DNA from: Candidatus Moraniibacteriota bacterium
Lineage (GTDB): Bacteria; Patescibacteriota; Minisyncoccia; Moranbacterales; GCA-2747515
Reading direction: 5' to 3'
DNA length: 43,666 nt
Assembly (NCBI GenBank): GCA_029938745.1
Contig: JAOZUJ010000001.1
Span: 1-43,666, forward strand
The notes under the pieces are model-generated. The model had not been told where the DNA came from. It made no database searches and saw only the letters and a program-made list of their open reading frames with translations. Made by a program: the position numbers and the translations under genes. This document shows, in pieces, positions 41,246-43,666 of this stretch. The first letter of the stretch is position 1. Each line of letters opens with the position of its first letter.

Positions 41246-43450
41246 TTAGAAATCTTCTGGCATGTCCTCTTTCTTATTATCTTTACGACTATTCCTAATC
41301 TCCTCATAAGTAGTATCTAAAGCCTTACTTGCATCTAGCTTTGCTTGATCAAAATCTACTCTAACCAACAAAGGTCGTTCACTTTTAATTGCTTTGCCAG
41401 AAGCAAGAAACTCTCTAGTTCTTAGGTTAGGAATAGCTTTAACATGTTCTGGACTATACACACCACCTAAATAATCAAGGCTTGTTTTATCTACGAGCCC
41501 ATAAGTGAAATATGTATTACATTGAGACAATATTGTCTTACTTACCAAGGCTGTGCGTTGAGACACAATAAGTAATCCAACACCATACTTTCGACCCTGT
41601 AGTGCAATTTGACCAATTCGACCAACAACCCACTGTGTATCAGCATCAAACCCAGCACTGTAGACTTCAGGTATGATTGTGTGGGCTTCCTCAAGAACAA
41701 TCATTATCCTCCTTGCTTTTCGATTCTCACGGGCCCACCTCATTATCGATGATAAATACATCTCGGTGATTCTTAATGTTGCTCGTGTGTTTGTTATTTC
41801 TGACAATTCAAAAATACCAAGATTGTTTTCTTCACTCATTAAGAAATCATCAACTTGTTTTTCAACGTCTGATTCAATAGTTTTAAGAAACTCTTGTAAT
41901 GTGGCTCGTTCTTTTTTAGCACCATACTCTCCAACAGCGACAGCCTGGAGTACCTCCTCCAGTTCTTCAATTTTTTCTTCAGACAACCTGAGTGGTTGTG
42001 GTTTTGAATCTGCTAATCTTGGTGCATATTCCCCAGTAAAATCGACACAAAAAACCTTAACTTCTTCACTGAGAGCATTTTTTATAACATCTAATACAAG
42101 TTCAGTTTTACCAGTACCAGTTACACCTAATATTGCGGCGTGGTACTCAACAAGGTTATTTAAATCTATAGGAACTTCAAAACTAGTTGATGGTATTTTG
42201 CCTACAGTGAAGTTGCCTTTTTCCATTTTTTGTTCAAGAACATCATCTTTATCGACCAAAAACACAGGCTGATTCATTTCTGGTAACCATGCAAACTTTT
42301 GAAATCCGTGCTCCTCATCAAAAGAGCCTAACTGTGAAGTAGAAACAATGTGCATTCCATAAGGACTGGTTTGAAAATTCTCTTCATCTGTTTTTGCATC
42401 TAGTATTTGATAGTAAACTTTTTTACCTTGAACTTTACAGAAAACAACCATACCCTCTTCAAGGTTAAGCCCTCTTACAACCTGAAATCTTATATTTCCT
42501 ATAGAAGAGTTTTCAACAACCAAACCCGCGATTTCTTTTGTTTTATCTTCGCCACTCAAAGTTTTGACCAGCTCTTTGGATAACTCGGAGTTCATGCTCG
42601 CATAAACATTACCAAAGAGTATTTCTTTATTATTTTCATCACTATATTCACACAACAACCCTGTTCCTACTACTCCCTCATTCTGAACTTGCGTAAACAA
42701 TGGCAGTATGTGAACTATTTTGTTATTAGATAATTGAGATACATACACTTTTCCATGTTCCCATGATGTCTCTGTATCAATTAGATTAACCTTTACTATA
42801 TTTGGGTCATCAACACGTAATATTGAACCCACCACATCTTTTTCCTCTATAATTAACGCTGTACTGAATAATTTATATATTTGCAAAGTAAGTTCAACTG
42901 GTTTAATAACAACCATAAATAACCAAAAGCCCATTATCAAAAGAGCTGTATCAATTTTATCTTGATAGAACCCAAGCGAGCTTATTAAAACAACCATTGT
43001 AAAGAGTATCTCCCCTCTTCCAAGTTTATTACTTAGTTGGTATGTAATTATGCCAACTGGCGATTGTTGTCCGTCACTTCTTTTAAAAATAGCAACTAGG
43101 GATAGTATTACAACGACTAAAGATATGCCGATAGCAACCCAATACAATATTGAGAGAACTATTGTAAAATGTTTGACAGATACCAAGCTGACGGGAGCTA
43201 GTATAAGGATAGTTGCAATTGCATTTGCGAGGGCATCTTTTGGCGGAGTAAAGAAAGGAGTTGTGACTAGAGTAAACAACCAATATGTTACTGCTGCCAA
43301 CAGCCATAAACCTTGTTCTGTACCAAATGGAGAAAGAGTTCCAGTGGCTACAACAAAAACAATAATAGCTAACACAGTATTTGCGACAAAAACACCCACA
43401 CGAGACTTTTGTTTTAAATTGTCTATTGCTGTATTAGAAATCATAATCAT
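41246..43450 (-). CDS. membrane-anchored HerA/FtsK-superfamily (DUF87-like) P-loop ATPase
   Basis: 734 aa; N-terminal about 200 aa with roughly five hydrophobic helices. Walker A GVTGTGKT (about 42103-42126); Walker B IMIVLEEAH (about 41681-41707), where the EEAH form is characteristic of HerA-type ATPases. Confidence 0.75.
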   Translation of the reverse strand: MIMISNTAIDNLKQKSRVGVFVANTVLAIIVFVVATGTLSPFGTEQGLWLLAAVTYWLFTLVTTPFFTPPKDALANAIATILILAPVSLVSVKHFTIVLSILYWVAIGISLVVVILSLVAIFKRSDGQQSPVGIITYQLSNKLGRGEILFTMVVLISSLGFYQDKIDTALLIMGFWLFMVVIKPVELTLQIYKLFSTALIIEEKDVVGSILRVDDPNIVKVNLIDTETSWEHGKVYVSQLSNNKIVHILPLFTQVQNEGVVGTGLLCEYSDENNKEILFGNVYASMNSELSKELVKTLSGEDKTKEIAGLVVENSSIGNIRFQVVRGLNLEEGMVVFCKVQGKKVYYQILDAKTDEENFQTSPYGMHIVSTSQLGSFDEEHGFQKFAWLPEMNQPVFLVDKDDVLEQKMEKGNFTVGKIPSTSFEVPIDLNNLVEYHAAILGVTGTGKTELVLDVIKNALSEEVKVFCVDFTGEYAPRLADSKPQPLRLSEEKIEELEEVLQAVAVGEYGAKKERATLQEFLKTIESDVEKQVDDFLMSEENNLGIFELSEITNTRATLRITEMYLSSIMRWARENRKARRIMIVLEEAHTIIPEVYSAGFDADTQWVVGRIGQIALQGRKYGVGLLIVSQRTALVSKTILSQCNTYFTYGLVDKTSLDYLGGVYSPEHVKAIPNLRTREFLASGKAIKSERPLLVRVDFDQAKLDASKALDTTYEEIRNSRKDNKKEDMPEDF

Positions 43451-43518
43451 ATTTAATGAATTAACTCTTTACCCATCTATGTTGATTTTTTATTACACCC
43501 ACAAACTTCTTGCTATAT

Positions 43519-43548
43519 AGTATAACTCCTCGGCACACCTCTTTGCAA
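43519..43548 (-). promoter_or_regulatory. candidate promoter for 41246..43450
   Basis: Minus strand TTGCAA (43543-43548), 18 nt, TATACT (43519-43524). Confidence 0.4.
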
Positions 43549-43551
43549 ATC

Positions 43552-43585
43552 GGTGGAAAATTCTTTTTCCACCATATTTGTTTTT
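43552..43585 (+). terminator. terminator-like hairpin with a + strand T-tract
   Basis: ggtggaaaa / ttttccacc stem with a 4-nt loop, then atatttgttttt; no + strand gene precedes it in the window. Confidence 0.35.
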
Positions 43586-43642
43586 CGAGCACTTCATTGC
43601 CTGCGATCAAGGTGGGGACGGAGTATTTATTTGAAATAAAAG

Positions 43643-43666
43643 AATTACATAATTAATTATGTAATT
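43643..43666. repeat. 24-nt perfect AT-rich palindrome at the window edge
   Basis: aattacataattaattatgtaatt equals its own reverse complement. Confidence 0.7.

Noticed and set aside
41673-42272. 199-aa antisense ORF within the HerA-like ATPase gene
   Set aside because: It is nested antisense to an ORF with Walker A/B motifs, has Ser-rich composition and has no RBS.
1-43666. Alternative genetic code (UGA=Gly as in some CPR lineages)
   Set aside because: TGA closes several well-supported genes, for example the 37708-38148 pilin and the SPFH gene and its small partner. Conserved housekeeping ORFs are full length under code 11.

Overview
This is an AT-rich, gene-dense bacterial window read with the standard genetic code; TGA acts as a stop and the long ORFs are intact. 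The gene content has a Gram-positive-like flavour (RNase Y, alpha2-type GlyRS, SufS/SufU). Together with many small membrane proteins and a tandem array of VirB2/TrbC-like mini-pilins, it looks like a reduced-genome Patescibacteria/CPR-type organism. That taxonomic call is inference, not a computed result.

Roughly 1-32 kb is mostly housekeeping:
- dxs, ispG and a sufS-sufU-DUF59 operon
- a mannose-1-P guanylyltransferase and signal peptidase I
- uvrA, pepA, glyQS, hup, rny and gpmI
- clpP, tig and nusA

This stretch is interrupted by a 1704-aa tail-fibre-like surface protein that carries a peptidase-S74-type intramolecular chaperone module.

Roughly 32-43.5 kb is an accessory, envelope-focused region:
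- a zinc-ribbon tail-anchored protein
- two cassettes that share a duplicated promoter/leader and a duplicated 3' end/terminator; one cassette carries an SPFH/band-7 protein
- seven tandem VirB2/TrbC-like pilin paralogs with eight domains in total
- an orphan lipoprotein solute-binding protein, a SAM methyltransferase and a secreted protein
- a membrane-anchored HerA/FtsK-superfamily ATPase

Non-coding signals worth attention:
- a probable glycine T-box leader with an unusually short Stem I region upstream of glyQS
- two 113-nt hairpin repeat elements bracketing sufU
- GC-rich hairpin mini-elements, one of which forms the C-terminus of nusA
- numerous clean intrinsic terminators and sigma70-like promoters

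No rRNA, tRNA, CRISPR array, transposase or integrase was recognised. All motif coordinates were counted by hand and may be off by 1-2 nt.
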